Shown: positions 40,660 to 52,500 of the stretch, piece after piece
Position numbering within the stretch: the first letter of the stretch is position 1
Layout of the letters: each line of letters begins with the position of its first letter
Origin: Candidatus Barnesiella excrementavium
GTDB lineage: Bacteria; Bacteroidota; Bacteroidia; Bacteroidales; Barnesiellaceae
Assembly (NCBI GenBank): GCA_019115485.1
Contig: DXDM01000017.1
Location: 1,789-65,788, forward strand
Reading direction: 5' to 3'
DNA: 64,000 bases
Notes under the pieces: model-generated
Told to the model about the DNA's origin: nothing
Seen by the model: the letters and a program-made list of their open reading frames with translations, nothing else
The model's database searches: none
Program-made: the position numbers and the translations under genes

Positions 40660-43149
40660 TTATATTCTTATTTTACAGACTATTACATTCCCATCAGTAC
40701 AATACAAATTCAGGATATATATTCCTCGCTTCATTTGACTTAAATCGCATGTATACTCACCTGCCGAACAACATGACTGCAAAGGGTATACGATACCTGA
40801 CAGGTCGACCAATTCGACTTTTTCCAACGTGACATTTTTCACCACAAGCATACTATCCTCTATTCTCACATCGACTTTGCCATGAAGGTCAAGCACCGAC
40901 AGTTCTTGCCCATAGTCGGACGATTGATAATGAGAATACCGCTCATTCATCTCCAACACTTCGCTCTTCGGCATTTTTTCAACGGCTTCCAAATCGCAGG
41001 TTCCAAAAGCATCTTTAAATCGAATCATCGGATCAAGATGTGCGGCGAAATTCCAGGTGAGCGCCTGCATGACAGAGTTGGTTCGACGGGGATTGTTGCT
41101 TGTACGCACGGTAAAGGCCTCTTGTTGCAGGCCCTCGGGCTGCCCCGGATACAACTCACCCCGCAGATTCATCGACTGTTTCGTATTATGTGCGCTCACT
41201 CGGGCAATGTGCAGATAGACCTCTTTCCCGGTCAGCAAATACAACCGATAATAGACAAACGACGACCAGGCAAAACCCAAATCGGCAGCAGAGTGACCGA
41301 TGGCAATCAAGTGTTGCCCCACGATACTCCTGTCTTTGGGCCAATCGGTCTCGGCCGTCTGGTCTATCTCGACGGGAACCTCGTACATATAAGTCCACGA
41401 TGCCGTATAAATGGCTGCCTGCTCGGCCGCCTCCAACCACTTTGCCTCTTTGGTAAGATCATACACGGCCAAGAAACCGTTCAAAGCCTGCTGCCCCGAC
41501 TCGCTGTCGATTGTTTGAGGATTATCGATAACACATGTGGCATAAATATATTTCTTATGTATATTCTCATAACAATATTCAGCGGCTCTCAACGCTGTTT
41601 CCCGATAGCGCTCATCGCCCGTAGCGATATATAGCTCGACCAGATAGCGCAGCGAACAAGTGGTTGTAAATTTGTTCTGGTTCCCGGCCGGGTGCTTCCC
41701 ATTAACCACTTGGAAGGGTTGATATTCCAAATAAAAACTACCGTCTTCATTTTGATTTTCCACCAAGAAATCACCAAACTGCTGACAAGCCGATATCCAC
41801 GCCGGCCGATTGATACCGTTCCGCTGAGCAAAGCACCAGGCATTCAACAATCCGGCCATTCCGTTACAAGCCTGTCGAATCGAGGTATAGGCCCAACTGT
41901 CCCATGTGCCATTCAAGGCTGCAAACCGGGACTTTGGGAGCCCTAAATCAGAGAGCGATTTCAAGGCCCAAAAATTGAGGACCTGATTTCCCCGCTTCTT
42001 GTACTCTTCATTTTCTGTCTCTACGCCTTCTCGAAACAAAGCATACCCGGCAACCGGCTGAGCTCCCACAAAGCCAAGTTCATAAGTATCTTTTATCAAT
42101 GAGAAATCAGTCAGATTTACACTCCACGGGAACCCGGGGGCCTTCACCTCTCCCGGGGGCTCCATATAATAATGATTGACCGTCTCTATAATTCCCGTAT
42201 AGGCTTGGGGCAACTGCTCCTCATAAATTTGGGGATTATACAGGGCAAAACTCAAATTCCAAGCCGTATCTACGGCCTGGGCATAACTGTCGGTCTTTGA
42301 TATCTTATAATATACCGTGTAGGCATGCCGATCAAAGCGGGTATCTATCGGGTGCCGTCTCTCTCCCATGCCGTCTCTTCTCGTATCGTTTCCCGGGAAG
42401 GTGACCAGGGTAGTCACCTTGCCATCGCGACGCTTGGCAAACCCTACGCCCCCGAACTGATAGTTCTCGTCGACAATCACCCCTCGACAATCGTTAAGGA
42501 CAGTCGTGCATTTCGAGTCTTTATGAATCACCGTCGTCGTGAGCCCATCGGATTTCCGCCGACTCATCACTACCGGTAAAGTAATGCGGTCTTCTCTATA
42601 AAAGAAGTCGGTATCATCGGACTGGGGCAGGCCCGACGGGATATTGCCTTCGGGCAAAAAATTGCCTCGATACATCACGGTAGGAATAAAATACTCATTA
42701 TCCAATATGTTCTCGGTGGAGGCTTGCAATCCGAACGAAGAATAGAATCCGGCGGTATAGGGCTTATCGCCCAATTCCTTGACCGATATATTACGCTGCA
42801 ATTCAAATTCGCCATTCCCTTTGGAATAATAGGTATCGGTAATTGCAAAAACCACACTCGAAGGAGAAGCCGTGACTTCGGCCTGGGCAACCAGCGTTTG
42901 TCCATCACTTGTGACATGAGTGTACTTAAAATAGAACTCCTTATTCGTATCTATAAAAATTGCAGGATTGGTATCGGGAGTTCCGTTCAACGTTTCGCCA
43001 TACGCCTGATATGACAAGTAAAAACTTCCGTCTTCGGTTTGATTTACCATCAATGTAACATCGCCCGAAACCATGGTAGGTTGCTGTGGATATATACTCC
43101 CCCAGCACATCGATAACCCTATACCTATAATCAATCGCTTTATATTCAT
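40660..43149 (-). CDS. Uncharacterised PUL protein, beta-rich domain + alpha/alpha-toroid-like domain + T9SS C-terminal sorting domain (paralog 2)
   Basis: 829 aa from ATG 43149 (MNIKRLIIGIGLSMCWGSIYPQQ); the track ORF extends 54 codons upstream into AT-rich leader. It is a paralog of 31545-33743. The extra ~85-aa tail (...VELVDLSGIVYPL...LSQMKRGIYILNLYCTDGNVIVCKIRI) looks like a T9SS CTD. Confidence 0.7.
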   Translation of the reverse strand: MNIKRLIIGIGLSMCWGSIYPQQPTMVSGDVTLMVNQTEDGSFYLSYQAYGETLNGTPDTNPAIFIDTNKEFYFKYTHVTSDGQTLVAQAEVTASPSSVVFAITDTYYSKGNGEFELQRNISVKELGDKPYTAGFYSSFGLQASTENILDNEYFIPTVMYRGNFLPEGNIPSGLPQSDDTDFFYREDRITLPVVMSRRKSDGLTTTVIHKDSKCTTVLNDCRGVIVDENYQFGGVGFAKRRDGKVTTLVTFPGNDTRRDGMGERRHPIDTRFDRHAYTVYYKISKTDSYAQAVDTAWNLSFALYNPQIYEEQLPQAYTGIIETVNHYYMEPPGEVKAPGFPWSVNLTDFSLIKDTYELGFVGAQPVAGYALFREGVETENEEYKKRGNQVLNFWALKSLSDLGLPKSRFAALNGTWDSWAYTSIRQACNGMAGLLNAWCFAQRNGINRPAWISACQQFGDFLVENQNEDGSFYLEYQPFQVVNGKHPAGNQNKFTTTCSLRYLVELYIATGDERYRETALRAAEYCYENIHKKYIYATCVIDNPQTIDSESGQQALNGFLAVYDLTKEAKWLEAAEQAAIYTASWTYMYEVPVEIDQTAETDWPKDRSIVGQHLIAIGHSAADLGFAWSSFVYYRLYLLTGKEVYLHIARVSAHNTKQSMNLRGELYPGQPEGLQQEAFTVRTSNNPRRTNSVMQALTWNFAAHLDPMIRFKDAFGTCDLEAVEKMPKSEVLEMNERYSHYQSSDYGQELSVLDLHGKVDVRIEDSMLVVKNVTLEKVELVDLSGIVYPLQSCCSAGEYTCDLSQMKRGIYILNLYCTDGNVIVCKIRI

Positions 43150-43173
43150 AAAAATTCCATTAGGTTTGTAAAA

Positions 43174-43181
43174 CAAATTTA
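43174..43181 (-). promoter_or_regulatory. -7 box TAAATTTG for the PUL operon
   Basis: Exact TAnnTTTG on the minus strand, 24 nt upstream of ATG 43149. Confidence 0.4.
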
Positions 43182-43480
43182 ATTCACAATATCTATTTCT
43201 CCATCGCACTTTTATTTCTAAAATTGGTGATATTCTCCCAGAGCCTCCACCTACCCGAAAAACGCACTTTTTTGGAAAGAAAATACTATTTCTGCAAATC
43301 AAAAGCAACACCTCTTCTCAACCCCAATTAAGAGCAATTTTTTGGAGAGAGTGCATCAACAGAGGGTTTACAAACTAATCCGGCTGTACAAGATTGCTCT
43401 ATTCTTCCAAAATACACACAATTTTGTTTCAAACCTTTTGCCGGTCGAGGATTAAATTTTTCACAATACTCAAATAACTT

Positions 43481-43488
43481 TATATTTG
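43481..43488 (+). promoter_or_regulatory. -7 box TATATTTG for the HTCS regulator gene
   Basis: Exact TAnnTTTG, 16 nt upstream of ATG 43505. Confidence 0.35.
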
Positions 43489-43504
43489 TAGAAACCTTTT
43501 TCTT

Positions 43505-46500
43505 ATGAAGTTTTTTCTACCAGCAATTCTAATCTTGTGCTTTTCCATGGCCATCTCGGGCAAAGAAAAAGCCAATTACTATTTTGACCACTATACCATT
43601 GACAACGGACTTTCACAAAATACCGTCACAACCATTTTTCAAGACTCAAAAGGCTTTATGTGGTTTGGAACGAAAAACGGGTTGAATCGTTTCGACGGAT
43701 ATACCTTCAAGGTCTTTTCACGGGGAACACAACCTCATACACTCGGCAACAGTTCCATCTATTGCATAGCCAAAGATTCGGATAATAATCTTTGGATAGG
43801 AACCGATGTGGGTGCTTACATATACAATCCGCACATCGACTCTTTTTCTTTCTTCGACAAAGAACTCCCATCGGGCGGTTCTCTGTCGTACGATATAAGT
43901 AAAATCGTTTTCTTCCAGAATCAAATCTGGTTCAAAACCGGTTTTGACCTCTTTATCTACGACCCGACAAAGGGCTTTATCCATAGTGAGCTATTGAGGC
44001 AACTGAAAGCGCTGACACGCCACACGCCATCTGATGTCATAACCGACGGGCAAACCATTTGGCTGAGTATTCCCCGATATGGTATTGTCAAGTACGATGG
44101 AATTCGGTTCACCACACTATACAACGACTCCGACTTTCCCACCTCCAAGATACTGGTCAAAAACAACAAAGTCTATATCGGGACCTCAAACAAGGGATTA
44201 ATTATTTTAGACTTAATCAAAGATCAAACCCGACAGTTAGACTTGCCTACAACCGATCAGGAGAATCCGCTCATTCACTGTTTGGTCGAAATCGACAACC
44301 AGATATGGATTGGCACCGAAAACGGCATTTATATCGTCACCAACGGCGATATCACAAATATCCAACACCGGCAGAATGATCCTTACTCCCTATCCAACAA
44401 CGCCGTCTACGCCATATTTCAGGACCAGGACAAAGGGATTTGGATTGGCTCTTATTTCGGTGGCATTGACTATGCTCCCAGGCACAAACTCAATTTCGAA
44501 AAATATTATCCCTATTCCGGCAAAAATTCCATAAGCGGATTCCGTATTCGGGAAATCTGTCAGGACAAAAAGGGGAACCTTTGGATTGCTACCGAAGATG
44601 CCGGGCTTAATCACTACGACACCCATACCAATACCTTTACAACCTACTCTCAACACACTCCTGGCATACAACTCTCCTATTACAACATTCAATGCTTGCA
44701 CCTGGTCAATGACCAATTATGGATTGGCTACTTCCACAAAGGTATCGATGTCCTGGATTTAAGGACAAAACGAATCACCCACTATGAAGCATCGGTTGAA
44801 CCTACCCTGAGCAATAACGATATATTCTCTATTTCGTCCGATCAGTCGGGACAAATCTGGATTGGCACCTCAACCGGAGTATTCCTGTTTGACGAAAAGC
44901 GGAAAAAGTTCAAGAAATTTGACGAAGTGGGTACCTACTACATAAGCGATATTCTCCAAGATTCCGAAGGGTACATTTGGTTCTCGTCCTATAATATCGG
45001 AGCAATTCGGTTTAATCCCCGCACGAAATCAATCAAAAAATTTACCTACAATCCTAACGACAGCACAAGTATCTGTTACTCAAGAATTACAACAATGTTT
45101 GAAGACCAGGAAGGACAGCTCTGGTTCGGCTCGGAAGACGGAGGATTGTGCCTCTACGACAAGAAAAGTGAAAAGTTCAAACGAATAACCACCAATGATG
45201 GATTACCCAGCAACGTAGTTCATAAAATATTGGAAGATAAATATCACAAACTGTGGATTAGTACCAACAACGGATTGGCTAACTATGATCCTGAAACAGG
45301 CAGCATTCAAACCTACAACACATCTAACGGATTGATATGCAAGCAATTTAACTACAATTCAGGAATTGCTACCGACGACGGGAAATTATATTTCGGGAAC
45401 ATCAGGGGCCTGATTGCATTCGTTCCCGAATATTTTGCACCCCGAGAAGAAAGCAAACATGTGGTTCTCACCAAATTTCAAATCTTCAATCAAGATGTAG
45501 AACCCCAAAACGAAGGGAACCCGATTTTGACCCAGGCAATACCCTATGCCTCCCAAGCCCGACTCAGCTATAAAGATACCTCATTCAACATTGAATTTTC
45601 AAGTCTCGACTATGCATCAAAAGAGTCGAACCAGTATGCCTATATACTCGAAGGTGTCGATAAAGACTGGGTGTATACCAACAACCGGCAGGTATCTTAC
45701 AGCAATATACACCCGGGAATATATACCTTTCGGGTGAAAGTAAGAAATACCGATGGCAGTTGGGACTCTCCCGAAACCTCATTAGAGATTTTAGTTACGC
45801 CTCCATGGTGGAAGAGTCCCATTGCCTACTGTATCTATATACTTTTGTTGTTGACTTTCATCTACTATGTCATCAAGACATACCGCCAGAGAATGGATCG
45901 CAAAATGCGTATTCATCAACAGGAACAGGAACAAAAGCAACAAGAAGAAATCTACTCGGCCAAGATAGACTTCTTTACCAATATAGCGCATGAAATACGT
46001 ACACCTTTGACACTCATAAAGATACCTTTGGAATCGATACTCAATTCGCCTGGCGACCTGACCAAAAACCAAGAGTCGCTACAAATTATCAAACGAAATA
46101 CCGATAGGCTCTATTCTCTGGTTTCACAACTGTTGGATTTTCGAAAAACAGAGACCAAGATTCTTAAACTGAATTTGGAAACGACCTCAATAAATACTTT
46201 GATAAGCGATACGCTCATTCGTTTCAGACCGGCCATGGAACACCTCGGACTGCAAGTTGATTTATCGCTTCCCGAAAAGCCTGTCTTAGCCTCGATTGAT
46301 AAAGAGGCTATCATAAAAGTTCTCAGCAACCTCTTTACCAATGCTACCAAATTTGCCAAATCCTATATCCACATCAACTTGACACAAAACGACGAATACC
46401 ATTATATTGAAATTCGTGTCAATAACGATGGCGAAAAGATTCCACCGGAATATCGGGAAAAGATATTCGAGGCATTCTTCCAAATCCATAGAACTGAGAA

Positions 46501-47488
46501 TAACAATCATTTCGGTTCGGGACTGGGATTATCCTTGGCCCATTCGCTCATCGAACTGCACAAAGGGAGAATATTTGTCGACGAGAAGGCCCAAGACACC
46601 TCATTTGTCGTACAGATACCTGTCGGAGAACAGACCCAACAACTCGCTGCACACACCGACACACAACTCGAAAAAGAGGCCGAAAGCAACGGACAACACT
46701 CCGACAATAAGACCGAAAATACCTATTCCATTCTCATTGCCGAAGACAATGAAGAGTTATTAAATTTTATCGCTCAATCCTTATCGTCCAAATACAAAGT
46801 ATTCAAGGCCAACAATGGTATGGAAGCCTTACATATTTTAAACCAAGAAAAAATAAATATTGTCATCTCTGACATCATCATGCCCATCATGGACGGTATC
46901 GACTTGTGCAATCATATCACCTCCGATATTTCCACTTGCCATATACCTGTCATATTGCTCACCGCAAAAACCAATCTGGACAGCAAGATAAAAGCTTTGA
47001 AAAACGGAGCCGCTGCCTACATCGAAAAGCCTTTCTCCATGGAATATCTTGAAGCTCAAATCTCAAATCTTATCTCCAACCACAAAAAATTGAGAAAGAA
47101 CTTTGAACAAAATCCATTCTTCGATTCGGCCGAGCTAGCTCACAACAAGATGGACGAGAAATTTCTAAACATGTTGACCAACGTTATTTTGCAGAATATT
47201 GATAAAGAAAACTTCAATGTTAACGAACTGGCCCGTGAGGTCAACATGAGCCGAACCAGTCTGCACCGAAAGCTAAAAGATATTTATGGCCTCACCCCGG
47301 GCGATTTTATTCGAGTGGTAAGACTGAAAAAGGCAGCCGAATTGCTTCAGAACGGCGAATACCGAATCAACGAAATAAGCATTTTGGTGGGCTTCCGCTC
47401 ACAATCTTATTTCACAAAGAGTTTTCAAAAGCAATTCGGGGTCTTACCCAAAGACTTTCTCAAAAATCAAGCGTCGGCAACCAAATAA
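43505..47488 (+). CDS. Hybrid two-component system sensor kinase / response regulator with AraC-type output (HTCS)
   Basis: 1327 aa. It has periplasmic two-component-regulator propeller repeats (GLSQNTVTTIFQDSKGFMWFGT...) plus a Y_Y_Y domain, a TM segment, HisKA (FFTNIAHEIRTPLTLI), HATPase (GSGLGLSLA), a receiver (ILIAEDNEELL...VISDIIMPIMDG) and a C-terminal AraC HTH. Confidence 0.95.
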   Translation: MKFFLPAILILCFSMAISGKEKANYYFDHYTIDNGLSQNTVTTIFQDSKGFMWFGTKNGLNRFDGYTFKVFSRGTQPHTLGNSSIYCIAKDSDNNLWIGTDVGAYIYNPHIDSFSFFDKELPSGGSLSYDISKIVFFQNQIWFKTGFDLFIYDPTKGFIHSELLRQLKALTRHTPSDVITDGQTIWLSIPRYGIVKYDGIRFTTLYNDSDFPTSKILVKNNKVYIGTSNKGLIILDLIKDQTRQLDLPTTDQENPLIHCLVEIDNQIWIGTENGIYIVTNGDITNIQHRQNDPYSLSNNAVYAIFQDQDKGIWIGSYFGGIDYAPRHKLNFEKYYPYSGKNSISGFRIREICQDKKGNLWIATEDAGLNHYDTHTNTFTTYSQHTPGIQLSYYNIQCLHLVNDQLWIGYFHKGIDVLDLRTKRITHYEASVEPTLSNNDIFSISSDQSGQIWIGTSTGVFLFDEKRKKFKKFDEVGTYYISDILQDSEGYIWFSSYNIGAIRFNPRTKSIKKFTYNPNDSTSICYSRITTMFEDQEGQLWFGSEDGGLCLYDKKSEKFKRITTNDGLPSNVVHKILEDKYHKLWISTNNGLANYDPETGSIQTYNTSNGLICKQFNYNSGIATDDGKLYFGNIRGLIAFVPEYFAPREESKHVVLTKFQIFNQDVEPQNEGNPILTQAIPYASQARLSYKDTSFNIEFSSLDYASKESNQYAYILEGVDKDWVYTNNRQVSYSNIHPGIYTFRVKVRNTDGSWDSPETSLEILVTPPWWKSPIAYCIYILLLLTFIYYVIKTYRQRMDRKMRIHQQEQEQKQQEEIYSAKIDFFTNIAHEIRTPLTLIKIPLESILNSPGDLTKNQESLQIIKRNTDRLYSLVSQLLDFRKTETKILKLNLETTSINTLISDTLIRFRPAMEHLGLQVDLSLPEKPVLASIDKEAIIKVLSNLFTNATKFAKSYIHINLTQNDEYHYIEIRVNNDGEKIPPEYREKIFEAFFQIHRTENNNHFGSGLGLSLAHSLIELHKGRIFVDEKAQDTSFVVQIPVGEQTQQLAAHTDTQLEKEAESNGQHSDNKTENTYSILIAEDNEELLNFIAQSLSSKYKVFKANNGMEALHILNQEKINIVISDIIMPIMDGIDLCNHITSDISTCHIPVILLTAKTNLDSKIKALKNGAAAYIEKPFSMEYLEAQISNLISNHKKLRKNFEQNPFFDSAELAHNKMDEKFLNMLTNVILQNIDKENFNVNELAREVNMSRTSLHRKLKDIYGLTPGDFIRVVRLKKAAELLQNGEYRINEISILVGFRSQSYFTKSFQKQFGVLPKDFLKNQASATK

Positions 47489-47526
47489 AACAGACCTATC
47501 CTCGGTAAACCCGTGATAATAAACAA

Positions 47527-47562
47527 GGAAGATACAGGAGTCACAAGACCTCTGTATCTTCC
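47527..47562. terminator. Bidirectional terminator-like hairpin between the HTCS and CBM9-like genes
   Basis: GGAAGATACAG...CTGTATCTTCC forms an 11-bp perfect stem between convergent genes. There is no long T-run. Confidence 0.55.
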
Positions 47563-47587
47563 CTATTCCTATATCATAAATAATCTC

Positions 47588-48238
47588 TTACTTAAACCGC
47601 AGTTCGCCAAAGTATTCGGGGCGATGAAAATCGGGTTTCTCGACCAACACGGGCGACCAGCTGAGGTAGTGCGGTAACGACGAACCGTCGGCACATTTGT
47701 AGAAGTTGGCGGCTATGGCCTCGGGCAGGTGCTCCCCGTCGAGCCCCACCAGATCGAAGGGTATGGCTACGAGCAATCCCCACGAGAAAAGTCCCTCCAT
47801 TTCACAGAAAGGTTTGTTCCCTACCGTCGAGTAGCGTTTGATACGGGCCATTTTTTCAGGCGTGAAGTGTTCGGCATCGGAGCGGCAGGTGCGACGGGCC
47901 GCCAGGGCCGTACCTATGCAGTTGAACTCAAAGTTGTAATAATACTTTTCGCCGGGAATCTGCATGAAAAACTCCACACAACTGTCTTCCCACACCGACG
48001 AATTGTCGGTACTGTTGACCGCCCGCAGATAATTGCCCCGCACGAAATAGTCAATATAAAGATATTGGCTATCCCTGGCTATCGAAAACGAAACAATGGG
48101 TTTATAGGGAAACGCATCGGGCCAGTCTACACAATCGATTGCCTGCCTCACCCCCTCGGTCTCGAGTATCTCGGAAACCTGCGCCAACGGTTTGTCGCCC
48201 AAGCCGGCCACAAAGGGAACTTCAATAACTTTTTTCAT
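47588..48238 (-). CDS. Carbohydrate-binding family 9-like protein
   Basis: 216 aa with no signal peptide. The block ...WPDAFPYKPIVSFSIARDSQYLYIDYFVRG...VWEDSCVEFFMQ matches my recollection of the CBM9-like family common in Bacteroidota. Confidence 0.65.
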   Translation of the reverse strand: MKKVIEVPFVAGLGDKPLAQVSEILETEGVRQAIDCVDWPDAFPYKPIVSFSIARDSQYLYIDYFVRGNYLRAVNSTDNSSVWEDSCVEFFMQIPGEKYYYNFEFNCIGTALAARRTCRSDAEHFTPEKMARIKRYSTVGNKPFCEMEGLFSWGLLVAIPFDLVGLDGEHLPEAIAANFYKCADGSSLPHYLSWSPVLVEKPDFHRPEYFGELRFK

Positions 48239-48248
48239 GATGTTTATA

Positions 48249-48893
48249 TTAGTTCAAAAAATAATCTTTTACTCCCAGGATAAAGCCGACAACAGACATC
48301 ACGATGATGATGATACCAATCCCCCGGTTGATGAACCAGATGCTGCGGACATTGAACCGCGAACGTATCTTGTTAATGAGATAGGTGATAAAAAACCACC
48401 ACCCCACGGCTCCCGTAATAATCGACAGATAACCTACCACATGGTGCCCCAGTTGCGACTCGGGCAGAAAGAAATTGAAGCGGGCGAAAAGACCTATATA
48501 AAGGAACAGGATAAGCGGATTGGAAAAAGTGAGCAGGAAGGCGGTAATGAAGTCCTGCGTGTAGGAGTTGATTGAGGAATTGGCCTTACGGATATTCTTG
48601 GCCGGATTCTGCCGATAGAGATAGAAGCCGAAGCACACCAGCACCAGACTACCCAAGATTTGCAACACGTTTTGATTGGCCTCGATAAAGTCGATGACAA
48701 TCGACATACCCAATCCCGTGAGCAAGGCATATATCAAATCGGACAGTGCAGCACCCAGTCCGGTGACAAAGCCCGACCAGCGACCTTTGTTCAGCGTGCG
48801 CTGGATACACAATATCCCTATCGGACCCATCGGTGCCGACACCAATATGCCTATGGCCAATCCCCGAATAATTGTATACAGCGTTAAATCCAT
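48249..48893 (-). CDS. LysE/RhtB family amino-acid exporter
   Basis: 214 aa with 6 TM segments and the N-terminal motif GILVSAPMGPIGILCIQRTL. Confidence 0.88.
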   Translation of the reverse strand: MDLTLYTIIRGLAIGILVSAPMGPIGILCIQRTLNKGRWSGFVTGLGAALSDLIYALLTGLGMSIVIDFIEANQNVLQILGSLVLVCFGFYLYRQNPAKNIRKANSSINSYTQDFITAFLLTFSNPLILFLYIGLFARFNFFLPESQLGHHVVGYLSIITGAVGWWFFITYLINKIRSRFNVRSIWFINRGIGIIIIVMSVVGFILGVKDYFLN

Positions 48894-49179
48894 ACAGTCT
48901 AAACTATCCTATTCTTCCGGAACAATCCGGAAACGGGAATGCAAATATAGTACAAGCCGCGTGTAGAAACAAATTTATTAGTCTCCTCTGTGGCCGAATC
49001 ATGGGTACATCTCTCGCAAATATACAAGATAATGTGAAAAAATTACCACTTTGACCGGCCTATTTTTATCCAGAACACAGGTTTCTTTGTAATTTTGGCC
49101 TCATCAATATCACATGCCCTATACAAATAACAACCAACAGGGGGATATCCCCTACCCGTTAACAACTGTTTTTTGAATC

Positions 49180-49389
49180 ATGGAAAATGGAAAAGCAAAA
49201 AACCGGCCTCTCGCCCGCTATATCGCCATAGGCATGCTCCTGGGCCTTTCCTTGGGGGCGGGCATGAAGAACATTCCGGCCGGGATTGGCATAGGTCTTG
49301 CTCTGGGAGCGATGCTTTACCAACTCACCCGCAACAAGTCCGATAAAGAGAAGGACGATACGGGTGAAAATAATACCTCAACCGATTGA
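49180..49389 (+). CDS. Hypothetical small membrane protein (2 TM, Gly-zipper-like)
   Basis: 69 aa with two Gly/Ala/Leu-rich hydrophobic segments and a charged tail. I recognise no family, so coding status is uncertain. Confidence 0.4.
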   Translation: MENGKAKNRPLARYIAIGMLLGLSLGAGMKNIPAGIGIGLALGAMLYQLTRNKSDKEKDDTGENNTSTD

Positions 49390-49432
49390 AGTCATTCCCC
49401 TCTTTTCGCGAGGTTATTCCAGAAAGTTTATT

Positions 49433-49440
49433 TAATTTTG
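49433..49440 (+). promoter_or_regulatory. -7 box TAATTTTG for purL
   Basis: Exact TAnnTTTG, 82 nt upstream of ATG 49523. Confidence 0.35.
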
Positions 49441-49522
49441 CGACGAAAACCCATAAATCGTTCCCGTGCCCATTTTTCGGTGACAGCGGGAATACAACCA
49501 TGCCACTAAAAAACAAGACATA

Positions 49523-52500
49523 ATGGTCATTCTTTTCAAAACCCCCGTTCAAAACATTATCGCTGTCCAGGCCGATCATGACTTCTCGGCCGAGGAGACA
49601 AAAAAGTTATCCTGGCTTTTCGGCCAAGCCGAGCAACTTGCTCAAAACTCGCTGCCGGGCTGGTTTGTAGGACCGCGCAAAGAGATGATTACTCCGTGGA
49701 GTACCAATGCCGTGGAAATCACGCAAAACATGGGTCTCTCGGGCATTACCCGCATCGAGGAGTTCTTCCCGGTCGAAAACGAGAAGGCCGAGTTTGACAA
49801 GATGCTGCAACGGCTCTACAACGGTATCGACGGACAGATTTTTGAAATCGACAAGAAACCCGACCCCATCGTCTACATCGACGACCTGGCTGCTTATAAC
49901 GAACAGGAGGGTCTGGCCCTGAGCCCCGACGAAATCAACTACCTCAACGAGCTGAGCCGCAAAATAGGCCGCAAGCTCACCGACAGCGAGGTGTTCGGTT
50001 TCTCACAGGTAAACTCGGAACACTGCCGCCACAAAATCTTCAACGGCGTGTTCATCATCGACGGGAAGGAGAAGGAGAGTTCGCTCTTCAAGCTCATCAA
50101 GAAGACCTCGGAATATAATCCCAACCGGCTGGTTTCGGCCTACAAGGACAATGTGGCTTTCAATGCCGGTCCGGTAATCGAGCAGTTTGCTCCCGTCAAC
50201 CCGCAACAACCCGACTTTTTTGAAATCAAGGATATCAAGACGGTTATCTCGCTCAAAGCCGAGACGCACAACTTCCCCACCACGGTCGAGCCCTTCAACG
50301 GTGCCGCTACCGGTACGGGTGGTGAAATTCGTGACCGTCTGGGCGGCGGCCGCGCCAGTTTGCCTATTGCCGGTACCGCCGTCTACATGACCGCCTATCC
50401 CCGCACCGAGGAGGGCCGCGAATGGGAAGAGGCCATGCCTCCCCGCCCCTGGCTCTACCAGACACCCGAACAGATATTAATCAAGGCCTCGAACGGTGCT
50501 TCGGACTTCGGTAACAAATTTGGACAACCCCTCATCTGCGGTTCTCTGCTCACCTTCGAGCACGCCGAGAACGGCAAGAAATATGCCTTCGACAAGGTCA
50601 TCATGCTGGCCGGCGGTGTGGGCTTCGCCAACATGCGCGACGCCCTCAAAGGTACCCCCGAGCCCGGCGAGAAGGTGGTGGTGATGGGTGGTGACAACTA
50701 CCGCATCGGTATGGGTGGCGGTGCCGTTTCGTCGGTCGAGACGGGACAATATGCCAACGCCATCGAGCTGAATGCCGTGCAACGGGCCAACCCCGAGATG
50801 CAGAAGCGTGTATCGAACGTGATTCGAGCCATGTCGGAAGCCGACGAGAATCCCATCGTCTCCATTCACGACCACGGTGCCGGCGGTCACCTCAACGCCC
50901 TCTCGGAGCTGGTCGAAGAGACGGGTGGCGTAATCGACATGTCGAAACTGCCGGTAGGCGATCCCACCCTCTCGGCCAAGGAGATTGTAGGTAACGAGAG
51001 TCAGGAGCGCATGGGTATCGTCATTCACGAGCAGGACATCGACCGTATCCGCCAGATTGCCGACCGTGAGCGGGCTCCCTTCTATGTGGTGGGCGAGACG
51101 ACCGGCGACCACCGGTTTGTCTTCCAGCAGGCCGACGGTGTGAAGCCCATCGACCTGGCCATGGACGACATGTTCGGCAAGGCTCCCCGCACCGTCATGA
51201 CCGACCACACGGTTACCGAAACCTACGAAGATGTAACCTACAACCAGGCCCAACTCGACGAATATGTGGAGCGTGTGCTCCAACTCGAAGCCGTGGCCTG
51301 CAAAGACTGGCTCACCAACAAGGTGGACCGCTCGGTAACGGGTAAGATTGCCCGCCAGCAATGCCAGGGCGAGATACAGTTGCCGTTGAGCGACTGTGGC
51401 GTGGTGGCTCTCGACTACCGTGGCCGCGCCGGTATTGCTACCTCGATTGGTCATGCTCCGCAAGCGGCTCTGGTCGATCCGGCTGCCGGTTCGGTACTGT
51501 CGATTGCCGAGGCGCTGACCAACATCGTATGGGCTCCGCTGGCCGAGGGTCTCGACAGCGTATCGCTGAGTGCCAACTGGATGTGGCCCTGCAAAAACGA
51601 GGGCGAGGATGCCCGCCTCTACCGTGCCGTCGAGGCTTGCAGCGACTTTGCCTGCTCGCTGGGTATCAATATCCCCACGGGCAAGGACAGCCTCTCGATG
51701 ACTCAGAAATATGGACAAGACAAAGTATATTCGCCGGGTACGGTCATCATCTCGGCCGGAGCCGAAGTATCGGATATCCGCAAGGTAGTTTCGTCCGTGC
51801 TGCGTACGGGGATCGACAGCACCGTCTACTACATCGACTTCTCGTTCGACCGGCTGAAACTGGGCGGCTCGGCATTTGCCCAATCGCTCAACAAGATAGG
51901 TAAAGAGGTGCCCACGGTACAGGACAGCGAATATTTCGCCGCTGCCTTCAACGCCGTGCAAGAGCTGGTGAAGAAGGAGTTGATTCTGGCCGGCCACGAC
52001 ATCTCGGCCGGCGGTATGATTACGACGCTGCTCGAAATGAACTTTGCCAATACCGAAGGCGGACTCGAAGTATCGCTCGACGAAATACCCGAAAAGGACC
52101 TTGTGAAGATTCTGTTCAGCGAAAACCCGGGTATCCTCATTCAAGTCGAGAAATGCGACGAGGTAGAAAAGATTTTGAAACACGCCGGTGTCGCCTTCAT
52201 CAAGCTGGCCCGTCCCTGCGAAGAGCGTCACCTGCTTATTCATAAAGATGGAGCCGACTATCAGTTCTTCATCGACCACCTGCGCGACGTGTGGTTCGAG
52301 TCGTCCTACCTGCTCGACCGCAAACAGAGCGGCGAAAAGGCTGCCCGGGCCCGCTTCCTCAACTACAAGGAGCAACCCCTGCAATACAGCTTCGCCCCGT
52401 CGTTCACCGGCACGCTGGCCCAATACGGCATCTCGGCCGACCGCCGCACCCGCAGCGGCGTAAAGGCCGCCATCATTCGCGAGAAGGGTGTGAACGGCGA